From an uncultured Bacteroides sp. (GTDB lineage Bacteria > Bacteroidota > Bacteroidia > Bacteroidales > Bacteroidaceae), in NCBI GenBank assembly GCA_945833835.1, contig CAMAFR010000011.1, positions 545 to 64,544 on the forward strand: a stretch of DNA of 64,000 nt. Direction: 5' to 3'. The notes beneath the pieces are model-generated. The model was not told the DNA's origin. It searched no databases and saw only the letters and a program-made list of their open reading frames with translations. The position numbers and the translations under genes are program-made. Positions 1-8,518 of the stretch are shown in pieces (position 1 is the first letter of the stretch; the number at the start of each line of letters is the position of its first letter).

Positions 1-325
1 TTGAAGGCACGCTCTCAATGGCAGTGGCACCAGTTCCGTCTTTCAGAACGAGGTCACCGACAGCGAAGGTGGGCTCATAGAACTCATCTACCACCAGCAG
101 AACCTTCTTGTTATCGTCAGCGTCAACCTCCGACACCTTGGCAGACTTGACAATCTGCACCAGTCGGGTAGTCTCATCCATGATGGCAAGCGTGCCAGCA
201 GGGATAATGTCACCTACAGCGAAGTTCTGATTGGCTTTGTCCAAATTGAAGCCACCTTGTACAATGGCAACGCTACCAGTGAACACCGGGCGAGTGCCAG
301 TAAACGAAGCAGTCTTTCTCTTCAT
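1..325 (-). CDS. Phage head protein, possibly head decoration (partial, runs off window)
   Basis: ATG at 325, MKRKTASFTGTRPVFTGSVAIVQGGFNLD..., directly downstream of the scaffold-like gene. Confidence 0.6.
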   Translation of the reverse strand, partial: MKRKTASFTGTRPVFTGSVAIVQGGFNLDKANQNFAVGDIIPAGTLAIMDETTRLVQIVKSAKVSEVDADDNKKVLLVVDEFYEPTFAVGDLVLKDGTGATAIESVPS

Positions 326-333
326 CGTAATTA

Positions 334-930
334 CTATTTAGCGGTTATTGAATTGAGCAAGCTGCCGGCAGCTTCTTCAATCTGCTTTTCGCTTGCAGCC
401 TTTGAACCCTCTTGACGCTCAGTCGGCAGACCGTTAGTAATCAAATCCGACTTGAACCCGGAAACAGCCGCCTCAATGTCTTCCTCATCAGAGATAGACT
501 TGGCCAGCCTGTCACGAAGATACGCAGGTATCTTGTGCTTTTCCATGGAAGCTGTGATAGCATCCTTGCGTGCTCCCTTCTGCTTTTCAGCTTTGAGTGC
601 CGCCAATTCGTCTTCCAGCTTTTTCAAACGCTCATCGTTCGGATTAGGCTCATCATTCTTCTCGTTCGGCTTCGGCTCTCCGCTATCTTCGCCTCCCTCG
701 TTTTTCAGATTCCCCTTCTTCTTGTTTGCCCATCGTGTTGCTTCCGCTTGCCCTTCCTTGGCCAGCTCCGCAATCTGATTTGCAACCTTCTCGATTTCAC
801 CCTCATCAGTAGAATCATCCGCAATGCCACCACCCATTTTTTCGGTTATCGCAGTGAGGTACTTCTCTGAAAGTCCGGTGTCCTTACACAGGTCTTTGAC
901 CTTAACATACAGAGTTTTGTTCATACTCAT
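334..930 (-). CDS. Putative capsid scaffolding protein
   Basis: 198 aa, charged/coiled-coil, located between minor head gene and head genes. Confidence 0.65.
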   Translation of the reverse strand: MSMNKTLYVKVKDLCKDTGLSEKYLTAITEKMGGGIADDSTDEGEIEKVANQIAELAKEGQAEATRWANKKKGNLKNEGGEDSGEPKPNEKNDEPNPNDERLKKLEDELAALKAEKQKGARKDAITASMEKHKIPAYLRDRLAKSISDEEDIEAAVSGFKSDLITNGLPTERQEGSKAASEKQIEEAAGSLLNSITAK

Positions 931-975
931 TGATTTTAATTAAGTTGTTTATGTCAAAACATAAGCTTTATCATG

Positions 976-983
976 CAAATATA
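976..983 (-). promoter_or_regulatory. Sigma-A -7 box (TATATTTG) for head genes
   Basis: Matches TAnnTTTG upstream of scaffold ATG. Confidence 0.6.
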
Positions 984-996
984 TAAAATAATCAGA

Positions 997-1017
997 TATG
1001 TGTTTGTTAAACGCATA
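997..1017. promoter_or_regulatory. Palindromic operator TATGTGTTT-GTT-AAACGCATA
   Basis: Related palindromes at 10422-10442 and 12895-12915. Confidence 0.6.
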
Positions 1018-1098
1018 AAATATTCGCTTGCAAAACATTGATAATCATAAGTGATTTTTATGTTTCAGAAACATTAAGCGAAAATAATTCGCTAAACC

Positions 1099-1130
1099 TT
1101 TGTTTTATTAAATAAAACAACATATCTTTG
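1099..1130 (+). promoter_or_regulatory. Sigma-A promoter TTTG-N20-TATCTTTG of the accessory cassette
   Basis: Both boxes at canonical spacing; palindrome TGTTTTATT-A-AATAAAACA (1101-1119) in the spacer. Confidence 0.7.
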
Positions 1131-1184
1131 CAATGTGTTTAGGACACGAAGACAACATAAGTGCAACATTAAATTTTCAGAATT

Positions 1185-1544
1185 ATGCTACAAACTGAGT
1201 TAGAAGAAAGAATCGGCAGGAAGGTTACACAAGACGAATATGTGGCCATCAACGCAATGTACATGAGTACAAACCTGAATAAAGATGTATTCTGCAAAAT
1301 GTTTTTAAAGAACCGTGAATCCCTTGACATTATCATTGAAGAGGGTAAGAAGATTGAAAAGCTTTACAAAGAAAGAGCCAAGACCATTGATGTTATATTT
1401 GAGCAAGCAAATAAATACTCATCCGCAGAGCTCCGAAGCTGTTGCATTGAAATGATGGGAGCCCGGAACTATATCCGCAAGATGATAGAGACAGGGAAGA
1501 ACCTTTGGCAGGCAGATAAAGACCTAATCGTATCACTTTTATAA
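1185..1544 (+). CDS. Hypothetical phage protein
   Basis: 119-aa ORF after promoter. Confidence 0.75.
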   Translation: MLQTELEERIGRKVTQDEYVAINAMYMSTNLNKDVFCKMFLKNRESLDIIIEEGKKIEKLYKERAKTIDVIFEQANKYSSAELRSCCIEMMGARNYIRKMIETGKNLWQADKDLIVSLL

Positions 1545-1584
1545 TAATCCGGGAGGGGCAACCCTCTCACAAAAATCAAAATAT

Positions 1585-1881
1585 ATGTGTGCAATTTCAG
1601 AAATCGAGAAAATAGCTGAGGAATTAGCGGAAAGGGTGATTTTCACTACAAAAGAGGTGCTGACAAGTGATGAGGCAGCAAAGTACATGGGTATTTCAAA
1701 AAGCTACCTCTATAAGTTGACTATGAGGCAGGAGATACCCCACTACAAACCTATGGGGAAGATGTGCTATTTCAATCGGATAGAGATTGAAGGATGGTTG
1801 CAGAGCAACAGGATTGCAACAGCAGGAGAGATAAGCCAACAAGCCCAATCCTATTGCATGAAGAAAGGAGGCCGGAAATGA
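1585..1881 (+). CDS. Excisionase-like HTH_17 DNA-binding protein
   Basis: KEVLTSDEAAKYMGISKSYLYKLT...IPHYKP motif. Confidence 0.85.
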   Translation: MCAISEIEKIAEELAERVIFTTKEVLTSDEAAKYMGISKSYLYKLTMRQEIPHYKPMGKMCYFNRIEIEGWLQSNRIATAGEISQQAQSYCMKKGGRK

Positions 1882-2099
1882 CTGACTACAACATCTATGT
1901 GATACTTGATACATGCGTCCATGACAAAGTACGTGGAGCCCTTGAATTGGCTATCGAAATGGCAAAAGAAAGCTATCCTCACTTGGTAGAGACAATCCAG
2001 TTCGCTTATGACAGGGACACGGAGAATGCCGAAACCTTCATAGGTACGCAAAACAAGCCAGCCACCACCAAGCCAGCATACAGGAAGAAATCAAAGTAA
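1878..2099 (+). CDS. Hypothetical protein
   Basis: ATGA overlap with previous stop; MTDYNIYVILD... Confidence 0.65.
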   Translation: MTDYNIYVILDTCVHDKVRGALELAIEMAKESYPHLVETIQFAYDRDTENAETFIGTQNKPATTKPAYRKKSK

Positions 2100-2143
2100 T
2101 AGCAGCCGGGGATAACTCCCCGGCACAATTCAATTATAGGATT

Positions 2144-2356
2144 ATGGCAATATGTAGCGTTCAAGATATGTACCGTTGCGACCAGTGCAAATCAGCATCC
2201 AACGAGTACGGACAAATGTGTAAGCATGGGGCATTGTTCCCTGTGCTCCTTGTGATGGGCAACAGAAGGACGTGCCCGAACTACGAATTTGACCCGGAGA
2301 AGGTAAGGCTGCAAATTCAAAACAGAGAAAGACATGAGACAGCAACAGCAGTGTGA
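2144..2356 (+). CDS. Small Cys-rich hypothetical protein
   Basis: 70 aa with CDQC plus three more Cys; overlaps next gene. Confidence 0.65.
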   Translation: MAICSVQDMYRCDQCKSASNEYGQMCKHGALFPVLLVMGNRRTCPNYEFDPEKVRLQIQNRERHETATAV

Positions 2357-3077
2357 GCTTGATGTCATCCTCAGAGGATGGGCAGGCCAGTACAACAACC
2401 CCGACTTCATCAAGTCAGACCCAATCCAGTTCCCACATAAGTACGATGGTAGAAAGGCAGAGGTAAGCGGATTCATTACCGCTTGGCTCTCCTTCGGCAA
2501 CAGGAAGGCCATCATTGAGAAGGCCGGAGAGATTGATGCCAGCTTCATGGGCGACCCCTATAGCTGGGTTATGGCAAGGGATTACCGAAGCCACTTCAAC
2601 AACCATGGCAAGATATACCGCTTCCTCTCCCATCACGATATGTATCTCCTTGGTAAGAGATTGCATGAGCTGTACATGAGTTATGAGACCATGGAGGAGT
2701 ACGTTATGAGCCAGCCGGACAAACACCCTGTTCAATCCCTCTCCGAATACTTCCATGGTATCTACGGAATTGCCGACTACGGCAAGGGTTCAGCCTGTAA
2801 AAGACTCTGTATGTTCCTCCGTTGGATGGTTCGTAATGATGGGTTGGTAGATATGGGCTTGTGGCAGCATATCAGCCCCACAGAGCTCATTATTCCTCTC
2901 GATACACACGTCCATAAGGTTGCGCTTGAACTTGGCATTACGGACAGGAAACAGGCCGACATGAAAACAGCCATGATGATTACTGACTACTTCCGGGGAT
3001 TGTTCCCGGAAGACCCTGCTTTGGGTGATTTTGCCCTGTTTGGGGCAGGTATTAGCGGAAATTTACTTGGTGAATGA
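2334..3077 (+). CDS. TIGR02757/DUF2400 family protein (HhH-GPD glycosylase-like)
   Basis: DPIQFPH, SACKRLCMFLRWMVR, LIIPLDTHV, DPALGDFALFG motifs. Confidence 0.85.
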   Translation: MRQQQQCELDVILRGWAGQYNNPDFIKSDPIQFPHKYDGRKAEVSGFITAWLSFGNRKAIIEKAGEIDASFMGDPYSWVMARDYRSHFNNHGKIYRFLSHHDMYLLGKRLHELYMSYETMEEYVMSQPDKHPVQSLSEYFHGIYGIADYGKGSACKRLCMFLRWMVRNDGLVDMGLWQHISPTELIIPLDTHVHKVALELGITDRKQADMKTAMMITDYFRGLFPEDPALGDFALFGAGISGNLLGE

Positions 3078-3116
3078 TAATTTTATTCACAAACATTTGT
3101 TTTCAATATAACACTG

Positions 3117-3124
3117 TATATTTG
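3117..3124 (+). promoter_or_regulatory. Sigma-A -7 box TATATTTG for 3168-4098 operon
   Basis: Consensus match in AT-rich intergenic gap. Confidence 0.6.
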
Positions 3125-3167
3125 TAGCATAAAAGTTAGGATATGAAAATACGAATTTGAGTAAGCA

Positions 3168-3413
3168 ATGAAGAACAGGAAGGTTATTCACGTAGAGCTT
3201 CTGAAACCTCCCCAAGGGTATCAGAAGCATTACTACTTCGGGAGCGTTGCCGCCATCCAGTCAGTCCTTCCAAAGGAGGTAGTGGGCGTTTCCAAGGAAG
3301 TGATTTGGGCAGACATGAAGGATGGTGAATACATCGGAAGGAAGGCCATCATCCGCAAGGGTGAGCTTATCACTCAGAGTACAAACAGAGGTAACAAAGG
3401 AGAAAAGTTATGA
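3168..3413 (+). CDS. Small hypothetical protein (possible DNA binder)
   Basis: 81 aa, KHYYFGSVAAI...VGVSKEVIW. Confidence 0.7.
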   Translation: MKNRKVIHVELLKPPQGYQKHYYFGSVAAIQSVLPKEVVGVSKEVIWADMKDGEYIGRKAIIRKGELITQSTNRGNKGEKL

Positions 3414-3766
3414 AGTTAGAACGTACTGAGCTTATCAACATCTGCCGATACTACAAAGGCGAAGAAGAGAATCCCTATAAAAAGGGAGTTCCTTACTACT
3501 TGTGGATTACAGAACATGAGTGGGTTGAACGTGCAATATCCGATGCAAAGAGCGAAACGTATTCCAATGAATCATCCATCATCTTGGAAGAGTACCGAAG
3601 AGCCGGGCTTATAGACTTTGAAAAGGATGATGATGTTTGGTTAGGCTTAAAAGCTACGCTATATCGCCTTTTACAGCACTGGAGTGAAGGAATGGTGACT
3701 TCCGAAGAGTGGAAGAAGTTCTACAATGAGTGGAAGAATGTAAAATTACAAACAAGAAGGTTATGA
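3410..3766 (+). CDS. Candidate immunity protein 1 (paralog of next gene)
   Basis: LINICRYYKGEEENPY..LW..E..WV...AGL...KA.L...FYN shared with 3763-4098. Confidence 0.6.
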   Translation: MKLERTELINICRYYKGEEENPYKKGVPYYLWITEHEWVERAISDAKSETYSNESSIILEEYRRAGLIDFEKDDDVWLGLKATLYRLLQHWSEGMVTSEEWKKFYNEWKNVKLQTRRL

Positions 3767-4098
3767 ATGAAAAAGAGAAAGCACTTATCGAGTTTTGCCG
3801 CTATTATAAAGGCGAAAAGAGTTGTCCATTTGAAGACCGTGACAAATCTATGCTTTGGCGCATTGAAATGCTATGGGTCAAAGATAGTGCCAATGGCTGC
3901 AACGATGTACTTGCAGAGCAACTATCTGATTACATTCAAGCCGGACTATCCAGCTTTAACCCGTATGATGGCATACCTGTTACATACAAAGCGTATCTGT
4001 TTAATAGATATGCAAGGTCATGCTATTCACGCATGGATGCCAAAGACGGGTTTATGCAATTCTACAATACCTTTTATTCAAATGAGGGGGCTGTATAA
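3763..4098 (+). CDS. Candidate immunity protein 2
   Basis: LIEFCRYYKGEKSCPF..LW..E..WV...AGL...KA.L...FYN; converges on the ART gene. Confidence 0.6.
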   Translation: MNEKEKALIEFCRYYKGEKSCPFEDRDKSMLWRIEMLWVKDSANGCNDVLAEQLSDYIQAGLSSFNPYDGIPVTYKAYLFNRYARSCYSRMDAKDGFMQFYNTFYSNEGAV

Positions 4099-4104
4099 GC
4101 CCTC

Positions 4105-6654
4105 TCATTTCCGGTCTTTCAATTGTGAAATCAATTGAAGATATATGGTATTGCCTGTTCTTTTTATCACCTTAAATTCACTTCCTCTTTGTGAAATCCA
4201 TTCAAATTCAAGACCTATATTCTCCTTTGATTTGCCATCCCAAAGCAATTTTTCGCCAATGGAATCTTTCTCAAATTTGAATTTTGATTCGTCCGTATAG
4301 TGAGAAAATGCTTCGGCAAACACACCTTTTGAGCCTTTCGGGATAACTATCACCATATTATAAGGATAGTGGAAGAATCCCTTCGTCCTATGTGCTGCTG
4401 TAGATAAGAAAGCCCCATCAACAAACACATCACCAGCTTCAACCTCACTCAACTTCTTACCTAATACTGATATGTTATAGTCCGCTGTTCCTCTTCTGAC
4501 AACCATGTTTTTAGGAGCCTCACATCTATTCAATATATCGGTCAAAATTGGCAAGTCATGCTCATACTCACTTCTGCTTCTTCCTCCACAATAATATATG
4601 TTTCTTAGAGGCTCATTCAGATATGCGTATGTCTGTGTATATTTCGTTACTATAGTCCGTTCCTCTTCAGTCAGCGTAGGCCATAAACGCTCAATCGTTG
4701 GTCTCAACAAATCATCCACTTCTTCAAGAGTATTTGTATTGTAATTAGCCAGCAAATTCTTTATTTCTTTACTTGTCAATCCACCAACCTTACTTTCGGC
4801 TCTCTTTAATGCTCGTTTCTCCAGTTCATCACGCTTTTTCTTCAATGTTTCAATGAGCACCTTGGCCTTATCCTTATCACCAATCCAGTAAGCATTTTGC
4901 AACTCTAATAATGCTGCCTTATAAACGCTGCTCTTTGTCGAGTAGGATTCCAACTCTGACATTTCCTTGCCAATGGCATTCCATTCAATTTTATCCTCAA
5001 CTTCCTTTAGTTTCTTGATATATGCCTGCTGTGACACCTGCCATGTTGGATATTTCTCTTGCACATGGTTCATATTACCACCCAAGTAATCATAAGCCTC
5101 AAACGCCAGCTTCTTCTGCTGCGTTTCGAGGCTTAGGTGCATCCAGCTATCCAGCTTATCAGCAACCGCCTTATCAACACTGACAGCATCAGCCATTGAG
5201 AACTTCTTGGCTACCTCCATCGGGTTCTCAATGTTGGAGAGCGAATAAATCTTCTTTCCGATTGCTTTCAGCTTGTTCGCCTCTGTCTTGATGGCCTCCA
5301 AGTCGGGATGCTTCAACGCCTCTTGCAGAGCCAGCGTATCAACATCAGCAATGCCGCCCATGATGTTGAGCACATTGTTTCCGAAGTGATATATTGCTTT
5401 CCTCTCCCACCAAGACCGCTTGATAGCATCCACCTGTTCCTGCGTCCGGGCTTCATGCCGCATCTTGGCAATCTCCTTTGCAGTCGGTGGATTCAGCACC
5501 CTCTCGTTGTCACGGATGAAGTAGGGTAGCGTTCCTCTTTCCCTTGCGTCATTCATCCTATCCTCGTTCCTCTCCAGCCACTCGGTGAATTGTGAGGGTA
5601 GCTTCCTCACCTTGCCTTCACATGGAACCGCTGCCGGATTCTTCCCGTCCAGTATCGCATACAGCATTTCGTCCATTTCATCATCCTTGGCCAGTACGGG
5701 GACTTGGTAGCATCGGCAATGTGGATGCCAGCCACGCCACTTGAACTTCTTCGGGTAGATTCCGGCCAGATCATCGCACACGTCATACAGGCGCACGATG
5801 TTCCCCTTGCTGTCCCTGGTAGTGTGGTTGTTGGATAGCTTGATTTCGATGCCTACGACAAAATCAAGCTGCTGCCACCTCTCATAGTCGGCTGTCCTGT
5901 AGGCCATGTTGGTTTCAGTCCTTGCAAGGCGTTGGGCATTCCTTGCAGAGGAACGGTACACGCCCCTTCCCGGATGGTAGTCCTCCGGATCATCATCCAC
6001 CCACTTGTAGCCCTCGCTGTCCTCATCCCACACCCTACGCTTCCATTTCAGACCATAGACAGGATTCCCGTCAGCATCCTCGCCCTTCTTGTAGCGGAAA
6101 CGCCTGTACCACTTGTCCGGCTCATTTAGGTACTGCTTCACCTTCGTTGCAATCCTGTTGGCTCCCGTCCCTTCCCCGATGGCCAAATCCAAGGTGTTCT
6201 CCAGCTCCTTCTTGAACTGTCCGGTGTAGTTCCACACCTTCTGAGAGAGGTTCAGCCCGTGGTCGCTGTTTTTCCGTGCGAAGAAAGCATCCATAGCCTC
6301 CTTGTTGCGCTTGAAGAAACGGGCAAAGTGGTTGTCCTTGATGGAGCTCTCGCCAAACACGGCCTTCACCAACTCATCGTTGTTTTCGTTGGCTGTCAGC
6401 CATTCCTTTTCCACGCCCCCTCGGATAACTTGATAGACCCGGCTGTACATCTTCCGTAGGATGCCGTTCACCTCCTCTCCATAACCATACTCAGAGAAGG
6501 AGAATGGAACCCCGTCCTCCAGCTCCGTTCCCTTCACCAAGTTAATAATCTCCGTGAAATACCGCTCATAGATGGCACGGACATTTGCGGCATAACCTTC
6601 CGTCCGCTGGAGAAGCTGCTGCTCCATCTTCTTATAGTCAACATACTTTGCCAT
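4105..6654 (-). CDS. MuF-type minor head protein with C-terminal VIP2-like ADP-ribosyltransferase domain
   Basis: ARTETNMAY...CDDLAGIY...WHPHCRC (MuF); YTQTYAYLNEPLR, RRG, FLSTA, EFE (R-S-E ART). Confidence 0.85.
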   Translation of the reverse strand: MAKYVDYKKMEQQLLQRTEGYAANVRAIYERYFTEIINLVKGTELEDGVPFSFSEYGYGEEVNGILRKMYSRVYQVIRGGVEKEWLTANENNDELVKAVFGESSIKDNHFARFFKRNKEAMDAFFARKNSDHGLNLSQKVWNYTGQFKKELENTLDLAIGEGTGANRIATKVKQYLNEPDKWYRRFRYKKGEDADGNPVYGLKWKRRVWDEDSEGYKWVDDDPEDYHPGRGVYRSSARNAQRLARTETNMAYRTADYERWQQLDFVVGIEIKLSNNHTTRDSKGNIVRLYDVCDDLAGIYPKKFKWRGWHPHCRCYQVPVLAKDDEMDEMLYAILDGKNPAAVPCEGKVRKLPSQFTEWLERNEDRMNDARERGTLPYFIRDNERVLNPPTAKEIAKMRHEARTQEQVDAIKRSWWERKAIYHFGNNVLNIMGGIADVDTLALQEALKHPDLEAIKTEANKLKAIGKKIYSLSNIENPMEVAKKFSMADAVSVDKAVADKLDSWMHLSLETQQKKLAFEAYDYLGGNMNHVQEKYPTWQVSQQAYIKKLKEVEDKIEWNAIGKEMSELESYSTKSSVYKAALLELQNAYWIGDKDKAKVLIETLKKKRDELEKRALKRAESKVGGLTSKEIKNLLANYNTNTLEEVDDLLRPTIERLWPTLTEEERTIVTKYTQTYAYLNEPLRNIYYCGGRSRSEYEHDLPILTDILNRCEAPKNMVVRRGTADYNISVLGKKLSEVEAGDVFVDGAFLSTAAHRTKGFFHYPYNMVIVIPKGSKGVFAEAFSHYTDESKFKFEKDSIGEKLLWDGKSKENIGLEFEWISQRGSEFKVIKRTGNTIYLQLISQLKDRK

Positions 6655-6662
6655 GATCCGCC

Positions 6663-6839
6663 TTATCGCTTCAACTCAAAATGCTCACAACAATCCCTGT
6701 TGAGGAGCTTTGAGAATGGATGATACTTGCACTTGCACATGAAGAACTCCCCATTGTCGTTCTTTTCGTGGTAATCGGTGGAATGCCTACAATCCCGACA
6801 ATGGTAATTGCTTGGCGATTTCAGCACTTTCTCTGCCAT
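6663..6839 (-). CDS. Small Cys-rich protein (58 aa, not in ORF track)
   Basis: MAEKVLKSPSNYHCRDCRHS...CKCKYHPF...CCEHF; fills gap in operon. Confidence 0.6.
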   Translation of the reverse strand: MAEKVLKSPSNYHCRDCRHSTDYHEKNDNGEFFMCKCKYHPFSKLLNRDCCEHFELKR

Positions 6840-6841
6840 AC

Positions 6842-7084
6842 CTATTCCTCCATCATCTTTGCAATCAGCTCGGTCTTAGAAGCGAAGCAATTGCCTCCAT
6901 CGTGCCGGATGCTGACCGGGTTGTTACGGGTGAGAATGTTGCGCTCCTCGATATAGGTGACGTAGGTTCTGCCGTTGTCATACCTTGCAGTAACCTCCAC
7001 CTTGGCAACACGGAACTGGTGAGCCCTGTTGTCACATACCGTCCAAACACAGTCACCCGGATTGAATCTTGTTTCTACTCTCAT
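6842..7084 (-). CDS. Hypothetical phage protein
   Basis: 80 aa, ETRFNPGDCVW; tight operon spacing. Confidence 0.7.
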   Translation of the reverse strand: MRVETRFNPGDCVWTVCDNRAHQFRVAKVEVTARYDNGRTYVTYIEERNILTRNNPVSIRHDGGNCFASKTELIAKMMEE

Positions 7085-7085
7085 G

Positions 7086-8507
7086 TCACTCTGCCTGCCC
7101 GAATACGTCCATCCTGTTCAGCTCCTTCTGCTGCTCCATCCGTAGCTCCTCCTCGGCCTTCAACCGCTCCATTTCGGCTTTGGAATCCTTCACCAAGTAG
7201 GACAGCTCCAAGTAGGTCTCACGGCTCAGCGCACCGTCATTGTACTGCTTGGAGAGGTCAGCCAGCATTTCGCTCACATCATCGCCAAAGGGCTCCTGGA
7301 ACTTGTGCCCCAGCTCCAGCGCATCATACATGGCCTTGTGCGGATAATCCAGGATGCCCATGATGGCACACATGAGGGAGGCATGGCGGTTCATGTACTC
7401 ATCATGCTTCTCCTTGTGCCTCTCGGCCTTGATAACGGCCAAGAGCATCACCTTGCGTATGGCCTTGGCAGATAGGTTCCCAAGGCTCTTCATGTTGTCG
7501 AAGTCAATCTTAGGGGTGAAGGATTTACTCAGTATATGCGCATCAAGACGCTCATACTCGTTCTTCTTGCTCTCGCTGGCCTCGTTCCAAGTGAGGTAGT
7601 CAATCTTGCCGCCACCCTTCAAGATGTAGAGCTTGGCTTCCTCCTCCTGCTTGGGCAGGCTGTTGATGATTTCGGACGTGGCCACCATAGCAGGGTTGGC
7701 GAACTTGTCGTTCACGTCAGCGTCCGTTGATTCCATGGATTCCACACGCTCAATCATCGGTTGCACGTCCTTGTGCTCCGGGTTCTGTTCAAATATGAGC
7801 ACAGGTATCTTGCCAATCTCGTTCACACGCTTGTTGACCTCCCAGCCGAACCGCCCACGCTTGCACTCATAGACATACTCCTTGGTGTACACGTCCACAT
7901 GAAGGATGGTGTTGTTCCCTGTCTCGGTCAGATAGTAGCCCCATGCAAAAGCGGTCAGTCTGCCGTACTGGTCTTTCATCGTGTAAATATCATCCTTGTT
8001 GCGCTTGGATAGCACGTTGAGAAGCAGGTCGGGTTTGCCCTCGCTGTTCCTGTACACATGATAGAGGATGGCAGAGATTCCTTCAATTCCGGCCATACGC
8101 TTGCACTCACGCACCTTGGCAGAGAAGCGCACCCTGTCCATCAGACGCTCATAGTAGGAGAAAGCATCATCGGTGTTGTCGGACAGCTGCAACCACTTGA
8201 CGGGTCGGCCATACAGGAACACCAAGGCTATCTCATTGATGTAGGCCGGGTAGGGGATGGGTATCTTCCACCTCTTGCTCCACCGAAGGAAGTTCCCCTT
8301 CTTGTCATACACTGCCTTGTCCTTCCTCTCCATCACCTTGTGGGATGAAATCTCATACTCCAGTAAGGATTGAGCTGCTTCCCCGGAACGGTCACGCATC
8401 ATGGAGATAGCACGGGCAACATCGCCCGAATCCAGCAGCTCGCCAAAGCTCTGTTGGTAGCCTACAGCCGCCTTCACTTCATTCTTGATAGTTTCAAATA
8501 ATCCCAT
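7086..8507 (-). CDS. Phage portal protein (SPP1 Gp6-like)
   Basis: 473 aa after terminase; FLYGRPV, GNLSAKAIR, LSRETYLE. Confidence 0.85.
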   Translation of the reverse strand: MGLFETIKNEVKAAVGYQQSFGELLDSGDVARAISMMRDRSGEAAQSLLEYEISSHKVMERKDKAVYDKKGNFLRWSKRWKIPIPYPAYINEIALVFLYGRPVKWLQLSDNTDDAFSYYERLMDRVRFSAKVRECKRMAGIEGISAILYHVYRNSEGKPDLLLNVLSKRNKDDIYTMKDQYGRLTAFAWGYYLTETGNNTILHVDVYTKEYVYECKRGRFGWEVNKRVNEIGKIPVLIFEQNPEHKDVQPMIERVESMESTDADVNDKFANPAMVATSEIINSLPKQEEEAKLYILKGGGKIDYLTWNEASESKKNEYERLDAHILSKSFTPKIDFDNMKSLGNLSAKAIRKVMLLAVIKAERHKEKHDEYMNRHASLMCAIMGILDYPHKAMYDALELGHKFQEPFGDDVSEMLADLSKQYNDGALSRETYLELSYLVKDSKAEMERLKAEEELRMEQQKELNRMDVFGQAE

Positions 8508-8518
8508 AGAATTAAAAT

